Positions 29,148-38,691 of a stretch of 64,000 nucleotides of DNA are shown here, piece after piece; within the stretch, counting starts at the first letter, position 1, and each line of letters begins with the position of its first letter. The stretch is taken from positions 2,015 to 66,014 of the forward strand of contig JAQGGW010000003.1 of the NCBI GenBank assembly GCA_028289135.1, written 5' to 3'. Source of the DNA: Candidatus Saccharimonadota bacterium. Its GTDB lineage: Bacteria > Patescibacteriota > Saccharimonadia > Saccharimonadales > JACDBH01. Under the pieces are notes generated by a model that saw only the letters and a list, made by a program, of their open reading frames with translations, was not told the origin of the DNA and did no database searches. The translations under genes and the position numbers were made by a program.

Positions 29148-30206
29148 TTAGGCCTTTTTAACTTCAACCGGCTTGTTCGCCTCAATGACCTTTTTAGCGA
29201 TCTCTTCCATGACTTTTGGATTGTCGCGGAGGTACTGCTTTGATGCTTCACGGCCCTGGCCGATTTTTGCGTCATTGTAAGCAAACCAGGCGCCGCTTTT
29301 TTCAACGATTTCTTTAGCAACGGCCAAATCAAGCACGTCGCCTTCTTTTGAAATGCCTTCGTTATACATAATGTCGAACTCAGCTTCTCTAAAAGGCGGC
29401 GCAACCTTGTTTTTTACAACCTTAACGCGGGTACGGTTGCCAATGACGGCATCCCCCGCTTTAATTTGTGAAATCCGTCGGATATCCATACGGAGGCTGG
29501 CATAGAACTTAAGCGCGTTACCACCAGTGGTTGTCTCCGGGTTGCCAAACATAACACCAATCTTCATACGAAGCTGGTTAATGAAAATAACGGTGCTTTT
29601 GCTTTTAGAAATAATAGCGGTGAGCTTACGAAGCGCCTGGCTCATCAGACGTGCCTGGAGACCCATGTGGCTGTCGCCCATGTCGCCTTCGATTTCGGCC
29701 TGTGGAACAAGCGCCGCAACAGAGTCAACCACAATCAGGTCAACGGCGTTTGAACGGACTAAAGTTTCAACAATTTCAAGTGCTTGTTCGCCGTTGTCTG
29801 GCTGTGAAACAAGCAAGTTGTCTAGGTTAACACCAATTTTTTGAGCGTATACAGGATCAAGTGCGTGTTCGGCGTCAATGAATGCCGCTACACCACCGCG
29901 TTTTTGAACTTCGGCAATTGCGTGCAGTGTTAGAGTTGTCTTACCAGAAGATTCAGGTCCGTAGACCTCAATGATACGGCCTTTTGGAATGCCGCCGCCA
30001 AGAGCAAGGTCTAGGCTTAGTGCGCCAGTTGGAAAGGTTTCGACATTAGCGTGGGATGTTTCGCCCAGGCGCATAATTGTACCTTTACCAAATTGCTTCT
30101 CGATAGTTTCTACAGCCAGGCCAAGTGCCTTGCCTTTACCGTCGAGCTTAGCTTCTGGCTCGTCGTGATTTGATGTTGTTGATGCGTCAGCTTGTGCTTT
30201 TACCAT
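29148..30206 (-). CDS. recA: Recombinase RecA
   Basis: [32 protein letters not shown]. Confidence 0.98.
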   Translation of the reverse strand: MVKAQADASTTSNHDEPEAKLDGKGKALGLAVETIEKQFGKGTIMRLGETSHANVETFPTGALSLDLALGGGIPKGRIIEVYGPESSGKTTLTLHAIAEVQKRGGVAAFIDAEHALDPVYAQKIGVNLDNLLVSQPDNGEQALEIVETLVRSNAVDLIVVDSVAALVPQAEIEGDMGDSHMGLQARLMSQALRKLTAIISKSKSTVIFINQLRMKIGVMFGNPETTTGGNALKFYASLRMDIRRISQIKAGDAVIGNRTRVKVVKNKVAPPFREAEFDIMYNEGISKEGDVLDLAVAKEIVEKSGAWFAYNDAKIGQGREASKQYLRDNPKVMEEIAKKVIEANKPVEVKKA

Positions 30207-30451
30207 CGCGATACCCCTTTATATATAAGTTATTTGTAGTACAGGATCTTTATAATCTTTTGGATAATAAAATTCCTGTGCAAGTAGTTATATTATACCG
30301 CGCCGTGCAAATGCAAGGCCATTCCAAAAAATTATTGTTGTAGTTTTTAAAATAGATGTCTTAGCATAAGCGTCATTACCGGATATCACATTTCAGTATC
30401 CTTAAGCATATGCATTAAAGATAATTTACTTTATAATCAAGTGTAAGTACT

Positions 30452-32266
30452 ATGCGTATTTCTGATGCACTTGTGAAGGAGTTGTTGCTCGAGGGTAAAA
30501 AAATTACTGCTGAGCAAATTAAAGCCGCCCACGATACGGCTGGTAACGAAAAGCTATCCCTGCAAGAAGCGGTTTTAAAAGCAAATCTGATCAGTGAAAA
30601 AGACTTGACCAAGCTTTACGCCGCCAAAATCGATGTTCCTTATATAGAACTCAATTCCAAAGAAATTAAGCGCGAGCTTCTAAAGCTTATCCCCGAACGT
30701 ATTGCCCGGCAGTATAATGTGGTGCTCTACGGTGTTGAGGCCGACGGCTCCAAGCTACTAGCCATGGATGACCCGGATGATATCCAAGCAGTTAACTTTT
30801 TGAAAAAAGAGCTCGGCAACGAGATCAAAGTCTCGATGGCCACCAAACAGGCTATTTTGCAGTCGCTTGACCAGTACCGAGGCAATATAAGTAGTGAGCT
30901 TACCAAAGTTATTTCGCCAGATGAAATTACCGACGAAGAAGACGAAGAAGTCAGCGAAGAAGACGTTGCCGAGGATTCACCGATTGCCCAAACCGTTAAT
31001 TTGCTTATTGAATACGCCGTAAAAGCTGGGGCATCGGACGTTCATATTGAACCGCGCGAAGGCCACGTTTTGGTGCGCTACCGGGTGGACGGCATTTTAA
31101 AAGAAGCCAACAAGCTGCCCAAAAAAGTCATGAATGCCCTGGTGAGCCGTATCAAAATCTTGAGCAACCTCAAAATTGACGAAAAGCGCGCGCCCCAGGA
31201 CGGCCGTTTTAAGATTGCCGCCAATGGCCAGGTCTATGCGCTGCGTGTCTCAACGCTGCCGATTGTAGACGGCGAAAAGGTGGTTATGCGTATTTTGAAC
31301 GAATCCAGCAAAGCTTTAACGCTTGAGGAGCTGGGATACTGGGGCTATTCGCTAAATGTCGTTAATAAAGCCATCGTCCAGCCGCACGGTATGATCCTGG
31401 TCACGGGGCCGACCGGTTCTGGCAAATCAACTAGCCTGTTTAGCGTGCTGTCGCTGCTAAATAACCCGAGCGTTAACATCTCAACAGTCGAAGACCCGGT
31501 TGAATACCGCATCCCGGGAACCAACCAAACCCAGGTTAACCCTGTAGCTGGCATGACGTTCGTAAACGGCCTAAGAGCCCTCCTCCGCCAAGACCCGAAC
31601 GTCATCATGGTTGGGGAAATCCGTGACGGCGAAACGGCTGACCTTGCTGTCCAGGCTGCCTTAACAGGACACCTTGTGTTTAGCACGCTTCACACCAACA
31701 ATGCCGCCACATGTCTGCCGCGTTTGCTCGACATGGGCATTGAAGCGTTTTTGATTGCCAGCACTGTCCGCTGTGTAGTGGGCCAGCGCCTTGTCCGGCG
31801 CCTCTGTGTGGACTGCCGCGAGAGTATCCAGCCTGATGCCGTTATATTGAAGCGGCTTCAAGAAGCATTCCACCTAGACGAAGCTGGCGGTATGGGGCAA
31901 ATCCATGAGCTTGAGAAGCAAGCGCTGGAAGGCGGGATTGGTAAAACAAACACCTCCACCGTTAGTAAAGCCAGCACGGCCGAGCTAAGTACCACCGAAA
32001 ACAGCATTAACCGGATCTGGAAAGCCCATGATGGAGGCTGCGACGCCTGCAGCCACACCGGCTACAGAGGCCGGATGGGCATTTATGAAGTGCTCGGCAA
32101 CACCCAGACTATCCAAAAACTGATTGTCGGCAACGCAACCAGCGATGTTATACAGGACGAATCCATAAAAGAAGGCATGATTACCATGCAGGTCGATGGG
32201 TTTATTAAGGCTTTGCGCGGGCAGACTTCGATTGAAGAAATTTTAAGAGTAACGAGTGAACGCTAA
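30452..32266 (+). CDS. pilB: Type IV pilus assembly ATPase
   Basis: ASDVHIEP, GPTGSGKST, EDPVE, LRQDP, GEIRD, TGHLVFSTLHTN, Zn Cys pairs. Confidence 0.93.
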   Translation: MRISDALVKELLLEGKKITAEQIKAAHDTAGNEKLSLQEAVLKANLISEKDLTKLYAAKIDVPYIELNSKEIKRELLKLIPERIARQYNVVLYGVEADGSKLLAMDDPDDIQAVNFLKKELGNEIKVSMATKQAILQSLDQYRGNISSELTKVISPDEITDEEDEEVSEEDVAEDSPIAQTVNLLIEYAVKAGASDVHIEPREGHVLVRYRVDGILKEANKLPKKVMNALVSRIKILSNLKIDEKRAPQDGRFKIAANGQVYALRVSTLPIVDGEKVVMRILNESSKALTLEELGYWGYSLNVVNKAIVQPHGMILVTGPTGSGKSTSLFSVLSLLNNPSVNISTVEDPVEYRIPGTNQTQVNPVAGMTFVNGLRALLRQDPNVIMVGEIRDGETADLAVQAALTGHLVFSTLHTNNAATCLPRLLDMGIEAFLIASTVRCVVGQRLVRRLCVDCRESIQPDAVILKRLQEAFHLDEAGGMGQIHELEKQALEGGIGKTNTSTVSKASTAELSTTENSINRIWKAHDGGCDACSHTGYRGRMGIYEVLGNTQTIQKLIVGNATSDVIQDESIKEGMITMQVDGFIKALRGQTSIEEILRVTSER

Positions 32267-32456
32267 TTATGACCTATTATTTTTGCCCATTTCTTTGTTG
32301 CCAGCTCCAGTCCGAGATCGTGGCTTTTTCGCAGTGTAGCGGGCTTAGCCCGCTAGCAGGCGAAAAAGAGACCATGTCAGTCGTCGTATTATCAGATACG
32401 CCTCCTTTGCGGGCTTCGCAGGCACCTCGAACTGGACTAAAAATAATAAGTCATAA
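32267..32456. repeat. Intergenic palindromic (MITE-like) element between pilB and pilC
   Basis: ttatgacctattattttt/aaaaataataagtcataa arms, tccagtccgag/ctcgaactgga inner arms, nested hairpins. Confidence 0.7.
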
Positions 32457-32475
32457 AAAGGCTAGGTCATTTTAA

Positions 32476-33702
32476 ATGCCTAAATTTACATATGCTGCAG
32501 TTAATAAAGCCGGTAAATCGATAACCGGAGCTGGCGAGTCTACCAGCCGCGACACCATGGCCGACACGCTTATCAAGCAAGGCCTGCGCCCGGTTACTAT
32601 AAAAGTTGCAAGTGAAAAAAAGGGTTTTAGCTCAAAATTAAAAAACTTTGGAAACAAAGTAAAACTTAAGGACTTGGTTATCTTTAGCCGCCAGATGTCC
32701 ACCATGATCTCGGCTGGCGTGCCGCTGACACGTGCGCTGTCGACCATGCAAACCCAGAGCACCAACAAATACTTCCAGACTGTCATTGCCGGCATCTCCC
32801 ACGACGTCGAAGGCGGTATGTCGCTCGGGGAAGCTTTTGGCAAATATCCCACCGTTTTTTCTGAGATTTATATCAACATGATCAAAGCCGGTGAAGCCGG
32901 CGGTATTTTGGATGACATTATGAAACGTCTGGCCACCCAGGTGGAACAAGACTCAAGCATGCGCAAAAAAGTTAAAGGCGCCATGACCTACCCGATCGTC
33001 ATCCTTACCGTCACTGTGATCGCATTCTTTGGAATCACGATGTTTGTCCTACCAAAAATCGGCAAAATTATCCTAGACCTCGGCGGCCCGAACGCCAAAC
33101 TGCCAATCTACACTGTCGCGATGCTTAACATTAGTGCTTTTATGCAGAAAAAAGGCGTCTTTATTTTTGTATTTTTGGTCATTTTTGTTTTCTTTGGGAT
33201 GAAATATATCAAAACGCCAAAGGGCAAATATAAGTTCCACTATGTTTTGCTAAAGATCCCTGTTCTTAAAGACATTATTATCAAAATTGCGGTTGCCCGT
33301 TTTGCCCGCACTTTTGCTTCGCTCATGACAGCTGGCGTTACAGTACTCGATGCGCTGGAAGTTACTGGCGGCGCCGTGGGCAATAAAGTCATCCAAAAAG
33401 AGCTGATTGAAGCCGCCAAAGAGGTAAAAAACGGTAAGCAGTTAAGTGAGCCGCTGAGCAAAAGCAAGAACTTCCCGCCGATTGTTTCACAGATGCTTGC
33501 CATCGGTGAAGAGACGGGACAGACCGATACAATTCTTGTGCGCGTCGCCGACTTCTACGAAGAAGAGGTTGCAACCGTCATCGACAGCCTGGCGTCTATT
33601 ATTGAACCGATCATGATTATCATTTTGGGCGCCGGCGTCGGGCTGATTGCTGCCAGCGTTATGGGCCCAATCGCCTCCCTGTCTAAAAACATTGGTGGAT
33701 AA
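32476..33702 (+). CDS. pilC: Type IV pilus platform protein
   Basis: FSRQMSTM.SAGVP, GEAGG.L, A.TYP, GEETG, IEP. Confidence 0.93.
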   Translation: MPKFTYAAVNKAGKSITGAGESTSRDTMADTLIKQGLRPVTIKVASEKKGFSSKLKNFGNKVKLKDLVIFSRQMSTMISAGVPLTRALSTMQTQSTNKYFQTVIAGISHDVEGGMSLGEAFGKYPTVFSEIYINMIKAGEAGGILDDIMKRLATQVEQDSSMRKKVKGAMTYPIVILTVTVIAFFGITMFVLPKIGKIILDLGGPNAKLPIYTVAMLNISAFMQKKGVFIFVFLVIFVFFGMKYIKTPKGKYKFHYVLLKIPVLKDIIIKIAVARFARTFASLMTAGVTVLDALEVTGGAVGNKVIQKELIEAAKEVKNGKQLSEPLSKSKNFPPIVSQMLAIGEETGQTDTILVRVADFYEEEVATVIDSLASIIEPIMIIILGAGVGLIAASVMGPIASLSKNIGG

Positions 33703-33721
33703 ATCTCACCGCTTTTTATCT

Positions 33722-33754
33722 TTCAAAAAGATCCGGGTTTATCCCGGTCTTTTT
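33722..33754 (+). terminator. Probable intrinsic terminator after pilC
   Basis: caaaaagatccggg-ttta-tcccggtctttttg. Confidence 0.6.
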
Positions 33755-33817
33755 GCCGAAACGATAGAGACTGTAACTCAGTCAAAAAAGATATAGAATT
33801 AAGAAGTACTTGACCCT

Positions 33818-33846
33818 GGGGTCCCCATGAAACCTGTTTCATGGGG
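33818..33846 (-). repeat. REP-like hairpin, copy 2
   Basis: Reverse complement ccccatgaaa-cagg-tttcatgggg-acccc. Confidence 0.75.
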
Positions 33847-33850
33847 TATG

Positions 33851-33895
33851 GTTATGGGTCCGATCGCCTCCCTCTCCAAGAACATTGGTGGATAA
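33851..33895 (+). pseudogene. Orphan duplicate of the pilC 3' end (14 codons plus stop)
   Basis: 40/45 nt identical to 33658-33702; all five differences synonymous (VMGPIASLSKNIGG*). Confidence 0.85.
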
Positions 33896-33920
33896 AAAAA
33901 GGCTTTCCCAGAGAAAACTG

Positions 33921-33948
33921 TTGACTAGTGTGAGCTTATGCTTATAAT
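33921..33948 (+). promoter_or_regulatory. Sigma70-type promoter for the pilins
   Basis: TTGACT-N16-TATAAT; AAGGAGG SD before the first pilin. Confidence 0.65.
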
Positions 33949-34036
33949 CATGTGCAGATACTTACTGTCTACCCGGATAGTAGGTGGTCAAAGAAAATAA
34001 TTAAAACTCAACCAAATCAAGGAGGGTGGGCCCTAG

Positions 34037-34504
34037 ATGATTTCACTAAAAAATAAGCAATCTGGTTTTACAATCGTAGAACTCTTGATCGTAATTGTCG
34101 TTATCGGTATTTTGGCCGGTCTTGTCATTACGACCTTCAGCGGTATTCAACAAAAAGCTCGCGACACTGAACGCGAAACAGATATTAAGGCGCTACACGG
34201 CCAAATTGAAGCTTTCTGGGCACAGAAGGGTTATTACCCATCTTTGACAGACATGAACACGGCTTCATTCGTATCGACTAACCTCAAGGGCTTGGACGCA
34301 GGTGCGTTTAAGGATCCTAAAGGAAGCGTAAGCACTCTAGCAACTACGGCTGCTGCAAGCGTTTACTCATACGCCGTTACAAACACAGCTGGTACCACCT
34401 GCGAAGCAGATGACACCACTTGTTCCAAGTACGTTTTGACTGCTACCCTGGAAGGTACACTCAACGGTTCTGGCACGTTCGTCAAGAACAGCTTGAACAG
34501 CTAA
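34037..34504 (+). CDS. Type IV pilin 1
   Basis: G|FTIVELLIVIVVIGILA prepilin motif; C-terminal Cys pair. Confidence 0.93.
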   Translation: MISLKNKQSGFTIVELLIVIVVIGILAGLVITTFSGIQQKARDTERETDIKALHGQIEAFWAQKGYYPSLTDMNTASFVSTNLKGLDAGAFKDPKGSVSTLATTAAASVYSYAVTNTAGTTCEADDTTCSKYVLTATLEGTLNGSGTFVKNSLNS

Positions 34505-34517
34505 GTTTAATACTATT

Positions 34518-34563
34518 CCCCAAGCGTGAACCCCTAAAAAGGTATTCACGCTTGGGGGTTTTT
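34518..34563 (+). terminator. Terminator between the pilins
   Basis: ccccaagcgtgaa...ttcacgcttgggg plus T tract. Confidence 0.7.
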
Positions 34564-34584
34564 AAAATGTAAAAGGCATTATAA

Positions 34585-35058
34585 ATGATTAATCTCAACA
34601 AAAAGCAAAGCGGTTTCACGATTGTGGAACTTTTGATCGTCATCGTTGTTATCGGTATTTTGGCAGGACTTGTCATCACAACCTTTAGCGGCATCCAGCA
34701 AAAAGCTCGCGACACTGAACGCGAAACAGATATTAAGGCATTGCATGGTCAAATTGAAGCATTCTGGGCACAGAAGGGTTATTACCCATCTTTGACAGAC
34801 ATGAACAGCCAGGCTGCTGGCGGGTTCGTAGCTACAAACCTCAAGGGCTTGGACGCGGACTCATTTAAAGATCCTAAGGGCTCTTCGAACGCATTAGTCA
34901 CAGCACCGGCTGCAAATGCATACGCATATGCTGTTACTAACGCTGCTGGTACCACCTGCGAAGCAGATGACACCACATGCGCAAAGTACGTTTTGACTGC
35001 TACCTTGGAAGGTACGCTCAACGGATCTAGCACATTTGTTAAAAACAGCTTAAACTAA
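34585..35058 (+). CDS. Type IV pilin 2 (close paralog of pilin 1)
   Basis: Same prepilin motif; largely identical to 34037-34504. Confidence 0.93.
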   Translation: MINLNKKQSGFTIVELLIVIVVIGILAGLVITTFSGIQQKARDTERETDIKALHGQIEAFWAQKGYYPSLTDMNSQAAGGFVATNLKGLDADSFKDPKGSSNALVTAPAANAYAYAVTNAAGTTCEADDTTCAKYVLTATLEGTLNGSSTFVKNSLN

Positions 35059-35076
35059 AGCGCGTTTTTCTTTAGT

Positions 35077-35106
35077 AAACGGGACTTCTTGATGGGGTCC
35101 CGTTTT
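35077..35106 (+). terminator. Terminator after pilin 2
   Basis: aaacgggacttc-ttgat-ggggtcccgtttt. Confidence 0.7.
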
Positions 35107-35195
35107 AAATTTTATATACCCCTAACATAAGCAATTTGTTATACTAATAGCAATACTTTACGTGTGGTTACAGAAGGGCACCCTGAACCGATTAG

Positions 35196-36266
35196 ATGAA
35201 CACTCAGAAACTGTTATATAAGGATAAACCACTCTTTGGTTTGGACATTGGTGCCAACAGTATTAAAGTCATGCAATTAACCCATGAGGGCAAGCAAATA
35301 AGCGTTAGCGGCTATGGGGTTATCCGCTTTGAAGAGACTGCTACCGAAAACGGAGCCATAACCGACTACGAAGGTCTTGCCAAAGCGATGCTGGAGCTTT
35401 TTGATAAACATATCAACGGCAAGATTACTACCCGCCGTGTAGCTGCCACCATTCCAGCTTCGAACGCCTATTCACGTGTTATGACCCTGCCCGCTTCGCT
35501 TTCCCGTAAAGAGCTGGATGAGGCTGTAAAGTTTGAAGCCGAGCAATATATTCCTATCCCGCTTGACGATCTTTATATCGACTATTCCTTGGGCACCACG
35601 ACGACAGACACGCGCGATGTCCTGGTGGTGGCCGTGCCTAAAAAAATTATTGATTCCTATACACGCTTCTTTGAACTTGTCGGCCTGGAAGTCTGTTCAA
35701 TAGAAACTACAATTTCCGCCTCCAGCCGCTTGATTGCAGCTACCGACCGTACCGCTCAAACGCCTAGCATTTTGATAGACCTGGGCTCGGTCTCTGTGGA
35801 TCTTAGTATTTATGACAAAATTTTGGTAGTAAACGGAACGGTTCCTGGCGGCGGCGATAACTTTTCGGAACAGATTAGAGACCGCCTGCAAGTCACATTG
35901 CCTGAAGCTAATACCATTAAGATTAACTACGGCCTCGGTAGAAGTAAAAAACAGGATGAGATCCGAGAAGCCCTGCGCGACCAGCTCGACCAGCTTGTCA
36001 AAGAAATCCGCCGGGTCGTGCGTTACTACGAAGAGCGTACCGAAGGAAAAAGTAGGATCGGCCAGATAATAACTATGGGCGGCGGCGCCAATATGCCAGG
36101 TTTGACAGACTTTTTAACCGATACTTTGCGCCTCCCAACCCGTATGTGTAACTTTTGGGGTAATTTTGACCTGCATAAGCTGCCTGTTCCAGATGAAGGC
36201 GACCGCTCAATATACGTAAGTGTGGCCGGCGCGGCGCTGCTTAATCCAAAGGAAATTTGGAAATGA
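35196..36266 (+). CDS. pilM: Type IV pilus assembly protein PilM
   Basis: GLDIG..SIK, EAEQYIP, IDLG, GGGA. Confidence 0.92.
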   Translation: MNTQKLLYKDKPLFGLDIGANSIKVMQLTHEGKQISVSGYGVIRFEETATENGAITDYEGLAKAMLELFDKHINGKITTRRVAATIPASNAYSRVMTLPASLSRKELDEAVKFEAEQYIPIPLDDLYIDYSLGTTTTDTRDVLVVAVPKKIIDSYTRFFELVGLEVCSIETTISASSRLIAATDRTAQTPSILIDLGSVSVDLSIYDKILVVNGTVPGGGDNFSEQIRDRLQVTLPEANTIKINYGLGRSKKQDEIREALRDQLDQLVKEIRRVVRYYEERTEGKSRIGQIITMGGGANMPGLTDFLTDTLRLPTRMCNFWGNFDLHKLPVPDEGDRSIYVSVAGAALLNPKEIWK

Positions 36267-36892
36267 GCACCCTAAACCTTATGCCGCCCGAGGCCAAGTC
36301 CTCAATTGCCTACGCCCGCCGCAACACACGCCTGGTACATTGGACCATTGGCTGTCTAGTCATAATTGTCGCTATGGCAGCAACTGTCGTCGTAGGCGGC
36401 TTTTATATCGACAACTCCAAGCAAAACCTTGCTTCTTCTATTAGTGCCACCCAAGACACCATCAAATCCCAAAAACTTGATAAGATCCAAGCTGAAGCAC
36501 AAAACCTTTCAGGCGGGGTCAAGCTTATCGTGCAAGTATTGTCTAAAGAAATCCAATTTTCAAAACTCCTCCAGCAGCTCGGCGGCCTGATGCCAACTGG
36601 AGCAACACTGGGGAGCGTACAGCTTTCCAACAAAATTAACGGCGCGCTTGACCTGACAGCAAACGCAGTCGACTACGAATCCGCTACCCAGGTGCAAGTA
36701 AACCTTCAGGATCCAAAAAATAACCTGTTTGATAAGGTCGACACCATCAGCGTTACCTGTAACGACGCTAATGCCGCCGCAAGCACAAGCTCCGTGGATT
36801 CACGCTACAAATGCCAGATAATTATCCGTGCCCTGTTTAAAGCCGACGCGGCTGTTACATTGCTAGCTAGCCCGGCAGGAGCTGCAAAATGA
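36263..36892 (+). CDS. pilN: PilN-like protein
   Basis: LNLMP motif, TM, coiled coil; follows pilM. Confidence 0.8.
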   Translation: MSTLNLMPPEAKSSIAYARRNTRLVHWTIGCLVIIVAMAATVVVGGFYIDNSKQNLASSISATQDTIKSQKLDKIQAEAQNLSGGVKLIVQVLSKEIQFSKLLQQLGGLMPTGATLGSVQLSNKINGALDLTANAVDYESATQVQVNLQDPKNNLFDKVDTISVTCNDANAAASTSSVDSRYKCQIIIRALFKADAAVTLLASPAGAAK

Positions 36893-37542
36893 GTCCAAAG
36901 CGCTTTTTCTTCGTAATGGTCGGCGTGTTTTCACTTAGTATTGTTGGTGGCGGGGCAATGCTTTATTTTGCTAATACAATGCTGCAAAAACGCTCAAGCA
37001 GTGTCGTCGACCTCAAACTGCAAAGCTCAGAAGTCGAGGCCCAGTTAACCGCATATCAAGCGGCCAAAAAAGACGTTCAGCAGTATTCGTATCTTAACGA
37101 CATTATTGCCAGCGCTTTACCGCAGGACAAAGACCAAGCCCGCACCGTACGTGAAATTTTCTTGTTAGCCAACCAGTCTGGCATTGCCATAAAATCCGTC
37201 CAGTTCCCAAGCTCATCACTAGGGGCGGTTGTTGCGCCTGTTGCCGGAGCTACACCTGCGGCCACTCCCGCAACCCCCGTAGCTGCTCCAACACCAGCCA
37301 TCACCCAGGCCAAGCCAGTTACCGGCTTAAACGGCGTATACTCGATAGAGACAATCGTAACGCCGTTTGCCGACGACAAGAACAACAAGGTTACCTATGC
37401 CCAGCTGATCAGCTTCCTGCAAAAGATCGAATCCAACCGCCGCGCCATGCAAGTAGCCAGCATCCAGCTTAACCCGCTCGGTCAAAACACTTCCGATTCC
37501 ATATCTTTCACGCTAACCCTTAATATTTTTATAAGGCCATAA
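36889..37542 (+). CDS. pilO: PilO-like protein
   Basis: TM, coiled coil, ALP, Y..L..FL..IE..RR. Confidence 0.75.
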   Translation: MSPKRFFFVMVGVFSLSIVGGGAMLYFANTMLQKRSSSVVDLKLQSSEVEAQLTAYQAAKKDVQQYSYLNDIIASALPQDKDQARTVREIFLLANQSGIAIKSVQFPSSSLGAVVAPVAGATPAATPATPVAAPTPAITQAKPVTGLNGVYSIETIVTPFADDKNNKVTYAQLISFLQKIESNRRAMQVASIQLNPLGQNTSDSISFTLTLNIFIRP

Positions 37543-37554
37543 GGAGGGATAAAT

Positions 37555-37851
37555 ATGAAACTAGAACTTAAACCCCTACTCAAAAAACTCCAGCCATTTC
37601 TTAACTTTTTAAAGAAAGACTCGGTGGCAATATTTTTGGTTATTGTAGCGATTGTATTTGGCTTCTTAATCTGGCGGATCGGCAGCCTGGCCGGAGCCGA
37701 ACCAAGCCAGGACGCACTAGACGAAAGTTTGCTTAAAGTTGTCCGGCCTAAAATCGACCAAGACAGCATTGCCAAAATCAAAGCCCTGCAGGCGCAAAAC
37801 GTCGACATCCAGTCATATTTTGTTGACCGCAACAACCCATTCCAGGAATAA
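37555..37851 (+). CDS. Small TM protein closing the pil operon
   Basis: TM plus C-terminal RNNPF; AAGGAGG SD. Confidence 0.7.
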   Translation: MKLELKPLLKKLQPFLNFLKKDSVAIFLVIVAIVFGFLIWRIGSLAGAEPSQDALDESLLKVVRPKIDQDSIAKIKALQAQNVDIQSYFVDRNNPFQE

Positions 37852-37883
37852 ATTCTATCTCCCGCATTAATGCATTGGTGAGC

Positions 37884-38044
37884 TAGGGATTACTTACAGT
37901 AGTGCAGTTTGTTCGAAAAGCGAGTACCGAAGCGGAGATGTACGGAATGGTATATTGAGCATCGGAACACACTCTACCCCACAAAGCAGGCTTTGCGGGG
38001 ACCCTTAGCTTTTCGGACAAAATGCGCACTGTATGTAAGCCCTA
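37884..38044. repeat. Intergenic palindromic element, family A, with nested REP-like copy 3 (37977-38004)
   Basis: ~37-bp imperfect inverted arms tagggattacttacagtagtgcagtttgttcgaaaagc/gcttttcggacaaaatgcgcactgtatgtaagcccta. Confidence 0.75.
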
Positions 38045-38047
38045 CTT

Positions 38048-38680
38048 CTAAAAACCGCCGTGGGCAAGTTCTACGCGCTGCGCAGAACCAAGCCGGCCAA
38101 TCCGCTCAATTGCCCGCTCGTGGCAGTTTATAACCGTCCGGCGGTAAAAATCTGGGTTTGGCGTGTTTGGGAAGGTAAAGTTTTCTTCCTCGCCGGCCGT
38201 TTCAATCGTCATGGTGCCGTAGTTGAAAAATGTCTGCAAAATTCCTTTTTTTGTCACCGATACATCTTCGACGTTGATCATATTCAAATGCCCGACTTTA
38301 TGTGAAAACAAACCAAGCTGGCGCACTTCAATCACATTTTGATCTGTAATTAAAATCCGGCTTTGGTTGTAGATCCAGAGCGTAATAAAGGTGCCAACGG
38401 CAATTAGTCCGGCCATCAGAATAAATCCAAGCGTTACCATGACCTTTAGTTGCGAAGTAAAGCTAACATGTATACCTCTGGTAAGCGAAGGCAAAAACAG
38501 CGCAAAACCAAGCATCAGCAAAATAAGTATGGCACCTGTTAGAATAATAATCGCCCGCCCAAGCCAGTGGCGGCGGACATCGGCATAAAGTTGTTCTTTT
38601 TCGTCATCGGCCACCTCTGGATAAGCTTCCACTAATGGCCTCATTGGTTGTTGTTCAGGTTCCATGTATGTTTTTACCAT
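38048..38680 (-). CDS. Membrane-anchored bacterial PH-domain protein
   Basis: RRHW, two TM, ITDQ.V, GILQTFFNYGTMTIETAG. Confidence 0.8.
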   Translation of the reverse strand: MVKTYMEPEQQPMRPLVEAYPEVADDEKEQLYADVRRHWLGRAIIILTGAILILLMLGFALFLPSLTRGIHVSFTSQLKVMVTLGFILMAGLIAVGTFITLWIYNQSRILITDQNVIEVRQLGLFSHKVGHLNMINVEDVSVTKKGILQTFFNYGTMTIETAGEEENFTFPNTPNPDFYRRTVINCHERAIERIGRLGSAQRVELAHGGF

Positions 38681-38691
38681 TTATACGATTA

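Noticed and set aside
34037..35058. Pilin pair as DGR template/variable repeats or a shufflon
   Set aside because: Differences are not adenine-specific, the copies are direct, and no reverse transcriptase or invertase is present in the window
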